This document shows, piece by piece, positions 31,365 through 41,472 of a stretch of DNA of 64,000 nucleotides. Below the pieces are notes generated by a model. The model made no database searches, was not told the DNA's origin, and saw only the letters and a list, made by a program, of their open reading frames with translations. How positions within the stretch are numbered: position 1 is the stretch's first letter; each line of letters begins with the position of its first letter. The stretch is from the NCBI GenBank assembly GCA_018992685.1, contig JACVGT010000031.1, positions 11,631-75,630 of the forward strand, written 5' to 3'. This DNA is from Theionarchaea archaeon (GTDB taxonomy: Archaea > Methanobacteriota_B > Thermococci > Methanofastidiosales > SZ-28-30). The position numbers and the translations under genes were made by a program.

Positions 31365-32201
31365 CTATATCAAGCCGGCCTGAAATGCTCCTGATGCCAG
31401 GGTAATGATGAGCAGTACAATTGCTGTTCTACTGAGCCAAATGTGCGCCCTGCGAATACCGGGGCTGGGAGGTTTCCGCCCTAGTGAGACAATTCCCACT
31501 GCGGGTGTCAGCAACGTGACGACAAGAGTTGCTATCCCCACGTATGCATGGGACACTCTGAAATGAGGTCCTCCGCTTGCAGATACCATGTGTAATGCCA
31601 GAGAGAGACCCAGTATTACGAGAATGACTCCCAGGGTTCCTACGATCTTGTGTACTTGCAGCCAGGAGGTCTTGGGAGTTCTGTTCACTGCATTGGTTGC
31701 CGCCACAAGTGCCAGTATGAGCCCAGAAACCATCAACCCTGCATGGAATGGCCATAATTCAGGGACAGTAGTTGGAGTAATCGGCCCTCCAACAGTCAGT
31801 GACCCAGAAATAGATCCTCCTCGATTGCAGTCAGCGGTCACATCTACAGTACCTCCAGAGTCTGCAGGCAGAACAAACTGGTAGGTAAATCGGGAATCTG
31901 TGGGCTGGCTCTCGTATTCATACGTTGTCACTTCACCATTCAGGCTGATTTGGATTCGATTTACAAAGTGGGCTGCAGGATCAGAGACCGAATGGACAAG
32001 AGTGACCTGAAGCGTTTGAGAATCCACGTCGTAATCAAGCAGAATGTCAGAAGGGGGGTGAGCGCACACAGGCTGGAGCACAGCCAGAGAGCCGAGGAAC
32101 AGAACGCCCAGCATGAGCACGAGACCACGAGAATGCCTCCAAGAGCTGCCCTGCTTTTGAGTTGCAGGTGATTTCCTGAGAGATAAAGGATTTCGATTCA
32201 T
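31365..32201 (-). CDS. Exported SOR/desulfoferrodoxin-like domain fused to a 4-TM cytochrome b561-like domain
   Basis: Signal peptide ending VCA|HPP; H...HFVNRI...CNRGG; four TMs each carrying a His (FHAG, VHKI, SHAY, AHIW). Confidence 0.65.
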   Translation of the reverse strand: MNRNPLSLRKSPATQKQGSSWRHSRGLVLMLGVLFLGSLAVLQPVCAHPPSDILLDYDVDSQTLQVTLVHSVSDPAAHFVNRIQISLNGEVTTYEYESQPTDSRFTYQFVLPADSGGTVDVTADCNRGGSISGSLTVGGPITPTTVPELWPFHAGLMVSGLILALVAATNAVNRTPKTSWLQVHKIVGTLGVILVILGLSLALHMVSASGGPHFRVSHAYVGIATLVVTLLTPAVGIVSLGRKPPSPGIRRAHIWLSRTAIVLLIITLASGAFQAGLI

Positions 32202-32214
32202 GTCAACCTCCTCG

Positions 32215-32502
32215 TCACTTTTTTTCAGTGAGTTCTTCCACTTCTTGCCTGCCTTCTTCCAGCTCTCGCACCTGTTCTTCATCTATTCTCAACAGCATGG
32301 TCTGAAACTCCCCAACGTGAGTCTTCTCTTCGCCTGCAATGTCCAGAAGAACCTTCTTGATGTCTTCATCCCTGGCCACGGCTGCCATTTGCTCGTACAG
32401 GTTAATTGCGTCCAGTTCTGCAATCACTGCTGCCCTCAGAATTTCTTTATCCAGATCTTCCTTTTTTACTTTGTCCAAATTTATTGGTATTGTGGATAAC
32501 AT
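32215..32502 (-). CDS. Ferritin-like protein of the encapsulin-associated (EncFtn/Flp) type
   Basis: AELDAINLYEQM...EEKTHVGEF ferroxidase motifs; 95 aa two-helix form. Confidence 0.85.
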   Translation of the reverse strand: MLSTIPINLDKVKKEDLDKEILRAAVIAELDAINLYEQMAAVARDEDIKKVLLDIAGEEKTHVGEFQTMLLRIDEEQVRELEEGRQEVEELTEKK

Positions 32503-32680
32503 GTTTCTTCCTCCTTACACCTATGGTCAGCCATTGTTTTAAAGTTTCTCATAATTTCCACCGAGAAAGCGACCTTTCTGGAACCGGTGGCTCCATTTCA
32601 ACGTGTCCACAGGAGATTGAGCAGGACTAGAAACTCTCTGACCGGGTTCATTTCAGCGCCTCCCGCTGCCACCGGCTTCC

Positions 32681-33508
32681 CTACTTGAGGCCCTTCCTGA
32701 TAGATGCCATGGCTGCTACCAGATCTCTCCACTCCCCAGACGAGAGTCCCCCCTCAGGTTCAAGAGTTACCAGTCCAGAGTATCCCCAGCTCTTGATAGT
32801 TCTCACTGCTTCCCAAAATCCAAATGGCGAATTATTTAATACCCAGGTAGCATTTTCCAGCGTTCCCCGAAGGTGTACATTAATAATGCGGTCTTTCACT
32901 GATTCGAACCGTTCGAGCTCGTTGTACAGAGCTGCCCATCTGATATCCAGTGTTATCCACTCAACCTGTTCCATCAACATAAAAGGAGTAGTACGCTCCG
33001 TGTGGGTGGGAACATTCTCTACACTCGCTTTGACAGTATAGGAGGGCGTGATGTCGCCTAGCCATCCACCCAGAGCGGTCACATCAACGTGTTGCTTCCA
33101 TGTATCCCATAGGTGGAAAACGCAGACACCCGCTTGAAGGGACTCTGCCAGGAAGAGGGATTGTCCAATCATGTCTTTCCCTTTCTCTATATCCTGGCTG
33201 CTGCCACACAGGTAAATTCCCACATCTCTGTTGGCATGAACAGACAAGACAGGTAGCTCCCTAAAATGAGTTATCAGGTCCTCTGTAGTGTATTTGGAGC
33301 TCTTCTCCCAGGCATTGTGTCTGTCTCCTGTGACATCGTCTCTCGGTGTGTGCTCACTGTTCCACTCTGCCAGATACTGCACTTCGAATCCATCCACTGC
33401 TGATTCCTTCAAGAGACTTTTCATCACAGTGATGGTGCCTGAGAGATCGTAATACGGCTTTCTCAGGATCGCAGTAGCAGGAGCTGAGGAAATCGCCAGG
33501 TCATGCAT
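32681..33508 (-). CDS. Sugar-phosphate isomerase/epimerase-like TIM barrel
   Basis: SVHA, VFHLW, VEN, LDIRW, NVHLRG, TLEP. Confidence 0.78.
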   Translation of the reverse strand: MHDLAISSAPATAILRKPYYDLSGTITVMKSLLKESAVDGFEVQYLAEWNSEHTPRDDVTGDRHNAWEKSSKYTTEDLITHFRELPVLSVHANRDVGIYLCGSSQDIEKGKDMIGQSLFLAESLQAGVCVFHLWDTWKQHVDVTALGGWLGDITPSYTVKASVENVPTHTERTTPFMLMEQVEWITLDIRWAALYNELERFESVKDRIINVHLRGTLENATWVLNNSPFGFWEAVRTIKSWGYSGLVTLEPEGGLSSGEWRDLVAAMASIRKGLK

Positions 33509-33840
33509 GGTATCCCCATGGTACCAGTTATTATACCCTTTCCCTGCAGCTAGCTAAAGGATCGGCATCTTCCTTCCTCTTCCACTACATTTATATACCC
33601 CATATACATACGTAATGCTGACCGGGAGGGTATATCCCCGAGAGGCTCGACAAACTATTGCCCCCATAAATCTTTTTTTCAAACACAATAGCCTCTAGAG
33701 GAGAGCCCATATCCCGGTTTTTCACCCGCGTTTGACAGTATGGAATGAAGAGGAAAACCAGAATAAGGGATACTCTCCAGTAATTATTCTCCGAATCTCA
33801 AACAGTCCATCAAGATCTCACGTAGCACTATTTCCCGCGA

Positions 33841-34239
33841 TTATTCTTCTTTCTCTAAGGATTCATATACATATCTTCCTTTTTTGTTCCTGCTTTCTCG
33901 TTTTGTCAGTTTGCCCTTTCGTATCAGCCCTTCCAGGATTCTCTCCACACGCTCTTTGTCATTGACCTTGTACTTGTTGTTGAGAGCTGCAATAGAGAGT
34001 GATTCCTTCTTCAATCTGCTGAGGAAGTAACTAGCCAACTGTTCATCATCACGTTCATCTTCCTCGGCCTTCGGTGCCTTTTCAGGTTCAGAACCCGGTT
34101 TTGGAGGCTGAGGCTCGCTTATGGTACGTTCTCTTTCGATAATTGAAAAAATCACATCCCTGGGAGTCATCTCCAACAGTTCTGATACTTCATCCAGTGT
34201 CTTATTTCCATGATTAAGAATATCCTTTGTCTTCGGCAT
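33841..34239 (-). CDS. Hypothetical protein, possible C-terminal winged helix
   Basis: Start after a GGTGG SD; ILEGLIRKGKLTKR...YVY resembles a wing. Confidence 0.65.
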   Translation of the reverse strand: MPKTKDILNHGNKTLDEVSELLEMTPRDVIFSIIERERTISEPQPPKPGSEPEKAPKAEEDERDDEQLASYFLSRLKKESLSIAALNNKYKVNDKERVERILEGLIRKGKLTKRESRNKKGRYVYESLEKEE

Positions 34240-34432
34240 GATACCACCTATTTTTCTTCTGAAACGTGTCCCCATGACGGGGGGCAGTGATGCATCCGAG
34301 CTGTATCAGGTAAAGATCAGGCATAGCTGCACTCTTCTCTTCTCCTAGGTTTAAAAGCATTATGGATCATTTGATTTTCCTCCTCCAGGAGTGAACGCCA
34401 ACATTTATAAATCACAGAACAAAAAACCCGCA

Positions 34433-34852
34433 ATGAATAAACTGGTATATCTCTTTGTAATCATCATTGCACTGGGAGCTGTCTATTTGCTGTTTCCGCA
34501 GGAACAATCGTTGTCTACACAGGCCACTACTCTGGAAGAGGCCGTTCTGATGGCCAGAGAACAGGACAAACTTGTATTCCTCTACATCAATTCCCAGAAC
34601 TGTCCCTACTGTCGTATTCTGGAAGAGGAGTTTGCAGAATCCGAGGAATTTCAAACAGTGGTTCATGAAGATTACATCTGGATAACCCTGGATTTCACCC
34701 AGAACCTCAACCTGGCCAGACGGTTCGGTCTGCAGGGCCCACCTGCTATGATAATTCTGGATCAGAATGGTACTGCCATCACAGGCATACCAGGGTATCC
34801 TCCAGAGGGTGTCCGGGATGTTATTTCCATGTTGAAAGAGGTCGCGAAATGA
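34433..34852 (+). CDS. Membrane-anchored thioredoxin-fold protein (SoxW-like)
   Basis: N-terminal TM, CPYC, GPPAM. Confidence 0.88.
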   Translation: MNKLVYLFVIIIALGAVYLLFPQEQSLSTQATTLEEAVLMAREQDKLVFLYINSQNCPYCRILEEEFAESEEFQTVVHEDYIWITLDFTQNLNLARRFGLQGPPAMIILDQNGTAITGIPGYPPEGVRDVISMLKEVAK

Positions 34853-36624
34853 GTTTTTCGAGTTTTGATGTGCGAGAAATGTCACAAGAACTCCAAGAAA
34901 TCGTGGGCATGCGGTGTAATACTGTCTACCAGATTGACCATCTGGTGAGGATCAAGCTCTTCGGAAGGGGGAGAAAAGACCTGGTCATCTCAAAAGAGGC
35001 GTTCTATGTTACGAGGTATCCACGTCGAGCTCCTCAGAAAGCCACCAACTTTGCCATGTTGCTGAGAAAATACCTGAAGGGTTGCTGGCTGTACGGGATT
35101 ACCCAAGTGAATTTTGACAGGATTGTGGAATTTCATTTTGGCTATGACCAGGAACCTCGCTTTGTTCTGGTGGCAGAGCTCTTCGGGAAAGGAAATATCA
35201 TCCTGCATTCAGAGGATGAGATCATTGGAGTACTGCGCAAGGAAAAATGGAAGGATCGCATACTCTATCCTCATAAAAAGTATTCATATCCTCCCACCAG
35301 GCTATCAATTGACATTCCTTTTGCAGACTTTGAAAAACTGAAAATCCAGACAGAAAAAGATCTGGCAGTGAGCTTCAATTTTGGGAACCTGTATGCCAGA
35401 GAAATCTTTCTCAGAGCAGAGAGTTCATCTGCAGAGGACCTGTATGAAGCAATGCACTCTTTTGAAAGGAAGCCAAATATCCCTGGGGAAAACGATGTAG
35501 TCCCCTTTGAACTCTTGGTGTACCAGGATTCTGAAAAGGAATTCTTTCCAAGCTTCACTGAAGCAGTGGATGAATTCTACAGAAGAAAAGAAGATGTCCT
35601 TGCAGGAGAGGAATTCGAATCAGAAGAAGAGAAAATCTTAAGATCACAGGAGGATGCTGTCAAAGACTTTGAGGCAAAAAGGGATTTCTACAAGACGTGT
35701 GGAGATCTCATTTACCAGAACTATGCCCTGGTGGAAGATGTGTTGAAAACTCTCATGGAAGTCAGAAAGACCCATTCCTGGGAGGAAATCATTTCCATAA
35801 TACAGGAAAGTGACAACGAAACTGCATCAAAAATCACGGATGTTGACTACCGTAACGGAAAAGTCACTGTTGCCCTGGAAGAACCCGTCACGCTTGATCT
35901 AACCTTGAATATTAATGAAAATGCGGCAGACTTCTACGAGAAGGCCAAGAAGATGGAAAGAAAAATCGTGGGTGCCAGGAAAGCCATGAAGAAACCAAGG
36001 AAGCAGAAGAAGCCATCCCTCCCAAAACGGACAATCCTGCGAAAGAGAGAATGGTACGAGACATTTCACTGGTGCCTCTCTTCTGAAGGCCATCTCATGC
36101 TCGGAGGGAGGGACACCAGGACCAATGAGCTCCTGGTTAAAAAATACATGGAGCCCAGTGATGTGTACGTTCATGCTGACATACAGGGTGCTCCTTCAGT
36201 CGTTGTGAAGAATGGGCAAAACGCATCTTCCGACACCATACTGGAGGCTGCCCAATTTGCAGCTTCCTACTCCAGAGCGTGGAATCACTTTGGGTCTCTG
36301 GAGTGCTACTGGGTATATCCTGAGCAAGTGACCAAGAGTCCCCCTTCAGGCGAGTATTTGACTCCGGGGGCGTTCTTCATTGCAGGGTCCAAGAATTTCC
36401 TCAATGTGGACCTGGGCATTGCCCTGGGGCTGCATAAAGAGAAGATCATGGGCGGCCCTGAATCCGCAGTGAAGACTCATGCTTCAGCCTATGTAGTGGT
36501 GGGATTTGGGGACGAAAAGAAGGAAAAACTGGCCAAGCAGATTGGGAAGATACTGGACTACCCGGATATTGATGAGATCATACGGGCCCTCCCTGGAAAA
36601 GGCAGGGTTCTCAGCAGGAAGTAG
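34849..36624 (+). CDS. rqcH: Ribosome quality control NFACT protein (Rqc2/RqcH homologue)
   Basis: MSSFD, FAMLLRKYL, FDRI, ELFGKGN, WYETF, GGRD, HADIQGAP, SGEYL. Confidence 0.93.
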   Translation: MSFSSFDVREMSQELQEIVGMRCNTVYQIDHLVRIKLFGRGRKDLVISKEAFYVTRYPRRAPQKATNFAMLLRKYLKGCWLYGITQVNFDRIVEFHFGYDQEPRFVLVAELFGKGNIILHSEDEIIGVLRKEKWKDRILYPHKKYSYPPTRLSIDIPFADFEKLKIQTEKDLAVSFNFGNLYAREIFLRAESSSAEDLYEAMHSFERKPNIPGENDVVPFELLVYQDSEKEFFPSFTEAVDEFYRRKEDVLAGEEFESEEEKILRSQEDAVKDFEAKRDFYKTCGDLIYQNYALVEDVLKTLMEVRKTHSWEEIISIIQESDNETASKITDVDYRNGKVTVALEEPVTLDLTLNINENAADFYEKAKKMERKIVGARKAMKKPRKQKKPSLPKRTILRKREWYETFHWCLSSEGHLMLGGRDTRTNELLVKKYMEPSDVYVHADIQGAPSVVVKNGQNASSDTILEAAQFAASYSRAWNHFGSLECYWVYPEQVTKSPPSGEYLTPGAFFIAGSKNFLNVDLGIALGLHKEKIMGGPESAVKTHASAYVVVGFGDEKKEKLAKQIGKILDYPDIDEIIRALPGKGRVLSRK

Positions 36625-37005
36625 CGGCTTTTGCTCGACGAGCTTATTTTCTTCATTTGAAACTCGGTGGATAATTAGAGATCGAGGTCATGACTGCACC
36701 TGGGTTGAGGGGTTGCGATCTGGGTTCTGAGAGAATAGCACCCATCATATCTGGGGTTCGAGGTAGCTACCAAGGCGGGGTACCATGAGGTCTGTGTCAT
36801 CAGACAGAGTGATGAATGTTGTCTATGAGTCTTTCCTGGCACGAATCCGTGACCTCAAAAATCCTGGAGAAAAGGGTGAGACATTGGGTGTCTATTACAT
36901 GAGATCCACCAATCAGTAGCCTGAAAGAAAGCCACAGAGGTTACCGGCGATTTCTGCTATTACATTTATATCAACTCACACGAATAGAAGTGAGTTTGTG
37001 ATACC

Positions 37006-37470
37006 ATGAGAGAGATCAACTTTCGTGATGCAGACAACGCCCTGAGAGATACTGTAAAGGAATTCGATGATACTATTACATACTGTTTTCAATGTGGCAC
37101 CTGTACAGCCTCATGTCCAGTTTTTGAGGTCTATCCGGATTATAATCCACGAAAGATTATTCGAATGCTTTTACTGGGAATGAAAGAGGTCCTATCAGAA
37201 GACTTTGTGTGGTTATGCAGTTCCTGTTATGCCTGTCAGGAGAGATGTCCCCAGGGTGTTCTCATACCTCACCTGATGAGGGCACTGACAAACATGGCTT
37301 TTTCTGAGGGGTATGTGCCCCGAGGTGTCTTGGACCAATATCAGAAAGTCAGGAAAGAAGGAGTTTTGTACAGGGCGTCTTCGTATGACAACAGAAAGAG
37401 AAAGAACCTCGGTCTGGAAAAACGTACTGAAGAATATGATGTCTCAAAGATTTTCGAGGGACAACCATGA
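37006..37470 (+). CDS. hdrC: Heterodisulfide reductase subunit C-like
   Basis: CFQCGTCTASCP, WLCSSCYACQERCP. Confidence 0.92.
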   Translation: MREINFRDADNALRDTVKEFDDTITYCFQCGTCTASCPVFEVYPDYNPRKIIRMLLLGMKEVLSEDFVWLCSSCYACQERCPQGVLIPHLMRALTNMAFSEGYVPRGVLDQYQKVRKEGVLYRASSYDNRKRKNLGLEKRTEEYDVSKIFEGQP

Positions 37471-38297
37471 CATATGCTCTCTATACTGGTTGTACAACCC
37501 CTGTCGTTGCCCCAAATTATGAAGTATCTGCCAGAAGAGTGTGTGAATCCCTCGATATTGACCTTGAACTATTGCATGCACCCTGTTGTGGCAACCCCAT
37601 AAAGCCGATACGTGAGACGGAAGCAGTGGCCATGGCCCTCCACGTCCTGGGCCTGGCAGGTGACACCAACTTGATGACCCTGTGCAGCGCGTGCAGGTCT
37701 TCTCTGCTGGAAGCCAGGGAAAAGGCCTCTCCGGAATTTCTGGATAGATTACATCTTGATGAAGAAACCATTCAGATGCTGCAGATCAACCATTTCATAC
37801 AGGTTCTGTACGAGGATATTGGACTGAATCGTCTGAGAAAAAAAATAGAAAGACCATTGGACGTCAGAGTGGCTGTGCATTATGGGTGCCACTTGTACCG
37901 TCCTGCTTCTCTCTACAGAGAGGACCCTGAATACCCTCATTCACTGGATGATCTGGTGGAAATCTGTGGAGCACATTCAGTTTCGTACAGGAGGAAATCC
38001 ATGTGCTGTGGCTCTCCTGTCATGGGAGTGAATTTTGATGTATCAATGGAAATGACTGCCAGGAAACTGCAGGATATTAAGGAGAAGGCAGATATCATGA
38101 TTATCACCTGTTCTGGATGCGGATTCATGTTTGATAGGAAGCAGAAAAGTGCAGAGTCCTTTGCAGGAGAGTTGAATATTCCTGTCCTGTACTATTCTCA
38201 GTTTCTTGGGTTGGCCCTGGGGATTCCTCCCGAGACCCTGGGATTTGAAATTAACAGAGTGCCAGTGAAATCATTCCTGGAGAAGGTGCTGCCGTGA
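37467..38297 (+). CDS. hdrB: Heterodisulfide reductase subunit B-like
   Basis: Two CCG domains (GC..CCG..CSAC; GCH..CCG..CSGC). Confidence 0.92.
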   Translation: MTYALYTGCTTPVVAPNYEVSARRVCESLDIDLELLHAPCCGNPIKPIRETEAVAMALHVLGLAGDTNLMTLCSACRSSLLEAREKASPEFLDRLHLDEETIQMLQINHFIQVLYEDIGLNRLRKKIERPLDVRVAVHYGCHLYRPASLYREDPEYPHSLDDLVEICGAHSVSYRRKSMCCGSPVMGVNFDVSMEMTARKLQDIKEKADIMIITCSGCGFMFDRKQKSAESFAGELNIPVLYYSQFLGLALGIPPETLGFEINRVPVKSFLEKVLP

Positions 38298-40984
38298 GAT
38301 CAGCTATCATTGGAGCGGGTACTGCGGGTGTCAGGGCTGCTGTGGAACTGGACAACAGGAATTCCAGCGTTCTGCTCATTGAGAAGAATTTCTATATTGG
38401 TGGGAAGCTGACAGAATTGTCCAGGCTCTATCCTGTGTGCGAATTGTATTATGCTCATCGGTTTTTCTCTCAATTGAATGACTCTGTCAATGTTGACATC
38501 ATGACAGGTTCAGATGTTGTGAATATTGAAAAATCTGAGGGAAATACATACGCCCTGACAATTCGGAAAACCCCCCGGTACGTCACGGGGAACTGCACTC
38601 TCTGTCTAGAATGTGTGGAGGTCTGCACACCTCAGGCTGTTCGCAAGCCTCCGTTCCAGTCCATTCCTCAGACAGTCTACATTGATAGAGAAACCTGTGG
38701 AGCATGCAGAAAATGTGAGAAGATCTGCCCGGAAAATGCCATCACCCTTGATGAAAAGGAAGAGCTGGTGAAGAGAGAGGTAGAGGACGTCATATTCTGC
38801 ACAGGGTCGGAGTTAGTTGATCCAGAAAAGTATAGCGAGTTTGGATATGGACGATTCCCTGATGTTATAACCTCCATGGAACTGGAGAAAATGCTTCACC
38901 CTTCTTTTGAGTCGAAATTTGTCAGGCTTTCGGATGGAAAAAGACCAGAGAGAATTGCATTTCTGCAGTGTGTGGGTTCAAGAGATGCTGTCAGAGGAGA
39001 ACCGTATTGTTCCAGGGTCTGTTGCATGCAGGCATTGAATGAAGCCAGGGTTATCAAGGAGAGATATCCAGATACTGAACCGTACATATTCTTTACCGAC
39101 CTGCAGTGTTCAGGAAAGAGGTGGGAGCACTTCTGTGAGACTGCCAGGGGCATGGGTGTTACCTGCATCAGGTGTCGAATTCCAGCAGTCTATGAAGAGC
39201 AGGGAAGTGTCTCAATAACCTACGCAGAGGATGAATTAGTGACCATGACTGTGGACATGATAGTACTGTCCACGGGCATCGTGCCCCCTGCAAATAAGTA
39301 CGGCCTGCCTGAGAACGAGTATGGATTCCCTAGAGAGAAGTCATGTGGACTGTTCTTCCACCCTGCAGATATCACTGAGTCTGTTCAGGAGGCTCTGGCA
39401 GCTCTTTCCAGTGTTCCCGGGAGCTACTCCAGTGGATCTGCATGGACAGGTGAGCCCGGTCTTGACATTGTCCTATGCAGGTGCGGAACCGAGTCACACC
39501 TTGCTGATTTGATGAGGAACAGGGGGTATAGAGTTCGCGAGTTAGATGACGTGTGTAGAACCGCACAACATTCTCTCCTGAAACAGGAAAAAACCGTTGT
39601 GGGCGCCTGTGCTCTCCACGAACAGCTGTTCCTGAGGCTGGCCCAGGAACGTAATTCTTTTGTAGAAGTCGTTCCTTTGCGAGAAATGAGCTGGATTTCT
39701 GAAGATGGTGACTCAAGAGAGAGGTCATTGCAGATGGCAGTGGCCAAACTGGAGCGCCTGGACACATCCAGAATCACGTGGTCACAGACAGAGGTGTTCC
39801 CTGCAGTTGTGATCGTTGGAGGCGGGGTGGCAGGGCTGGCAGCGGCTCTTGATCTCGCAGATACGTACAAAGTGGTTATCATAGAGAAGAGCCCCCACCT
39901 GGGAGGAAGAGCCCTCAACATCCAGTATTCTCTGGACTACAGTCCCCGGGAGGTTGCACAGGACCTGATACAGAGGGCTGAAATCCATTCGAATATTGAA
40001 ATCCTGACTGGAACGGAGATCACCACCTTGACAGGAGACCCTGGAAATTTCACTGTGGGGACCACCAGGCAAGACATTACCTGTGGGGCTATCATAGTAG
40101 CAGCAGGAGCAGATGAATTCCAGCACCAGTATGACCACCCCTTGGTTATTACACAGACGCAGCTCGAAGACAGAATACGGAACAACGATATTCCCCATGT
40201 GGTGGTCATGGTCCAGTGCATGGGTTCCAGAAATCAGGAACATCACTGGTGTTCTGCTGTATGCTGTTCAAAAGCCATTTCCAACAGCCTCACGATCCTG
40301 GAGAAGACCAATGCTCAGGTTCTCATCCTGTACAGGGATATGCGGACTTACGGATTTCAGGACAGTTACTACAGGAAGGCTCGTGAAGCAGGCGTCATTT
40401 TTCTTCAAAATGATGAAATGCCCGAAATTCGAGTGGACGAATCTGTTTCTGTGGTGTATGAAGACCCCATCCTGCATGCAAGAATACTGATCGAGCCCGA
40501 TTTGCTTGTTTTGAGTACTGGCATTATCCCGAAGAAAGAATCGAGAGAACTGGCAAAGATTCTGGGAATTTCTCTTGATCAGGATGGATTTTTCAGGGAA
40601 TCACATCCAGAATTCTATCCCACAGATTCTACAAAGGATGGCATCTTCATATGTGGGCTCTGTCACTCTCCTCAGAATGTCAAGGAGAGTGTGATACAGG
40701 CACGGGCTGCTGCTTCCAGGGCGAGAACATTCCTTTCTTCCGCCTATAAGACGTGTACTGCCATCACAGTTAAGCAGGAGCTGTGTACTGGTTGCTCAAT
40801 TTGTGTGGACGTGTGCCCGTTCAAAGCCATTTCTCTTGAATCAGACGAGCTGACCGTTGACATGAGCCTCTGCAAGGACTGCGGACTCTGCGTGGGAAGC
40901 TGCCCCACGAGTGCTTTGACCCAGACTACCCTCTCTGATGACCAAATCCGTGGCATGGTGAGGGTCATGGAGGGAATCGAATGA
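38294..40984 (+). CDS. hdrA: Heterodisulfide reductase subunit A-like, two flavin modules
   Basis: GAGTAG and GGGVAG Rossmann motifs; CVGSR...CSRVCC and CMGSR...CSAVCC; ferredoxin domains. Confidence 0.9.
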   Translation: MRSAIIGAGTAGVRAAVELDNRNSSVLLIEKNFYIGGKLTELSRLYPVCELYYAHRFFSQLNDSVNVDIMTGSDVVNIEKSEGNTYALTIRKTPRYVTGNCTLCLECVEVCTPQAVRKPPFQSIPQTVYIDRETCGACRKCEKICPENAITLDEKEELVKREVEDVIFCTGSELVDPEKYSEFGYGRFPDVITSMELEKMLHPSFESKFVRLSDGKRPERIAFLQCVGSRDAVRGEPYCSRVCCMQALNEARVIKERYPDTEPYIFFTDLQCSGKRWEHFCETARGMGVTCIRCRIPAVYEEQGSVSITYAEDELVTMTVDMIVLSTGIVPPANKYGLPENEYGFPREKSCGLFFHPADITESVQEALAALSSVPGSYSSGSAWTGEPGLDIVLCRCGTESHLADLMRNRGYRVRELDDVCRTAQHSLLKQEKTVVGACALHEQLFLRLAQERNSFVEVVPLREMSWISEDGDSRERSLQMAVAKLERLDTSRITWSQTEVFPAVVIVGGGVAGLAAALDLADTYKVVIIEKSPHLGGRALNIQYSLDYSPREVAQDLIQRAEIHSNIEILTGTEITTLTGDPGNFTVGTTRQDITCGAIIVAAGADEFQHQYDHPLVITQTQLEDRIRNNDIPHVVVMVQCMGSRNQEHHWCSAVCCSKAISNSLTILEKTNAQVLILYRDMRTYGFQDSYYRKAREAGVIFLQNDEMPEIRVDESVSVVYEDPILHARILIEPDLLVLSTGIIPKKESRELAKILGISLDQDGFFRESHPEFYPTDSTKDGIFICGLCHSPQNVKESVIQARAAASRARTFLSSAYKTCTAITVKQELCTGCSICVDVCPFKAISLESDELTVDMSLCKDCGLCVGSCPTSALTQTTLSDDQIRGMVRVMEGIE

Positions 40985-41355
40985 GAATCGTAGCATTTGT
41001 CTGCAACTGGTGTGCCAGGGCTGGCGTGGAATTGGCAGCTTATGAACGCATTGGGTATCCCGACGTGGGACTCATCTATGTCAATTGTACAGGGAGAATT
41101 GATGTTCAGTTGATTCTGCAAACGCTAGAGAAGGTAGACGGCGTGGTGATCTGCGCGTGTCATCTGGGAGATGATCACTACGGGTCAGGCAACTACAAGA
41201 CATTGAAGAAAGTGTTGTTGACCAAAAAGATACTGGCACAACTGGGCATCAACCCTGAAAGGGTCTGCCTGGAATGGATCTCCTCTACAGAGGCAGAGAA
41301 ACTTGGTGAAGCAGTCAAGAAAATGAAAGAGACTCTTGAAGAAATGACCTCTTGA
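40981..41355 (+). CDS. mvhD: MvhD/FlpD [2Fe-2S] subunit
   Basis: FVCNWC, CTGRID, CHLGD.HY..GNY, GINPER..LEWIS. Confidence 0.9.
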   Translation: MRIVAFVCNWCARAGVELAAYERIGYPDVGLIYVNCTGRIDVQLILQTLEKVDGVVICACHLGDDHYGSGNYKTLKKVLLTKKILAQLGINPERVCLEWISSTEAEKLGEAVKKMKETLEEMTS

Positions 41356-41472
41356 ACCAGTAAGAATACCCTGATTCTTCAGGGCTCTACTTTTCGTTGA
41401 CTGCCAGAAGACATAGAGGGCTGTATTGAGGGAAATATGTTCTGATACGTTCCCCGTGCCTGGAGGTCAAAG

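Noticed and set aside
33590-33680. Possible small RNA (TTTATATA box, short hairpin, T7 run)
   Set aside because: The TATA element reads equally well on the minus strand for the 33508 gene, and no C/D or H/ACA boxes are clear.
37006-41355. Selenocysteine recoding in HdrA or MvhD
   Set aside because: There is no in-frame TGA. The altered MvhD codon is GAT (Asp).
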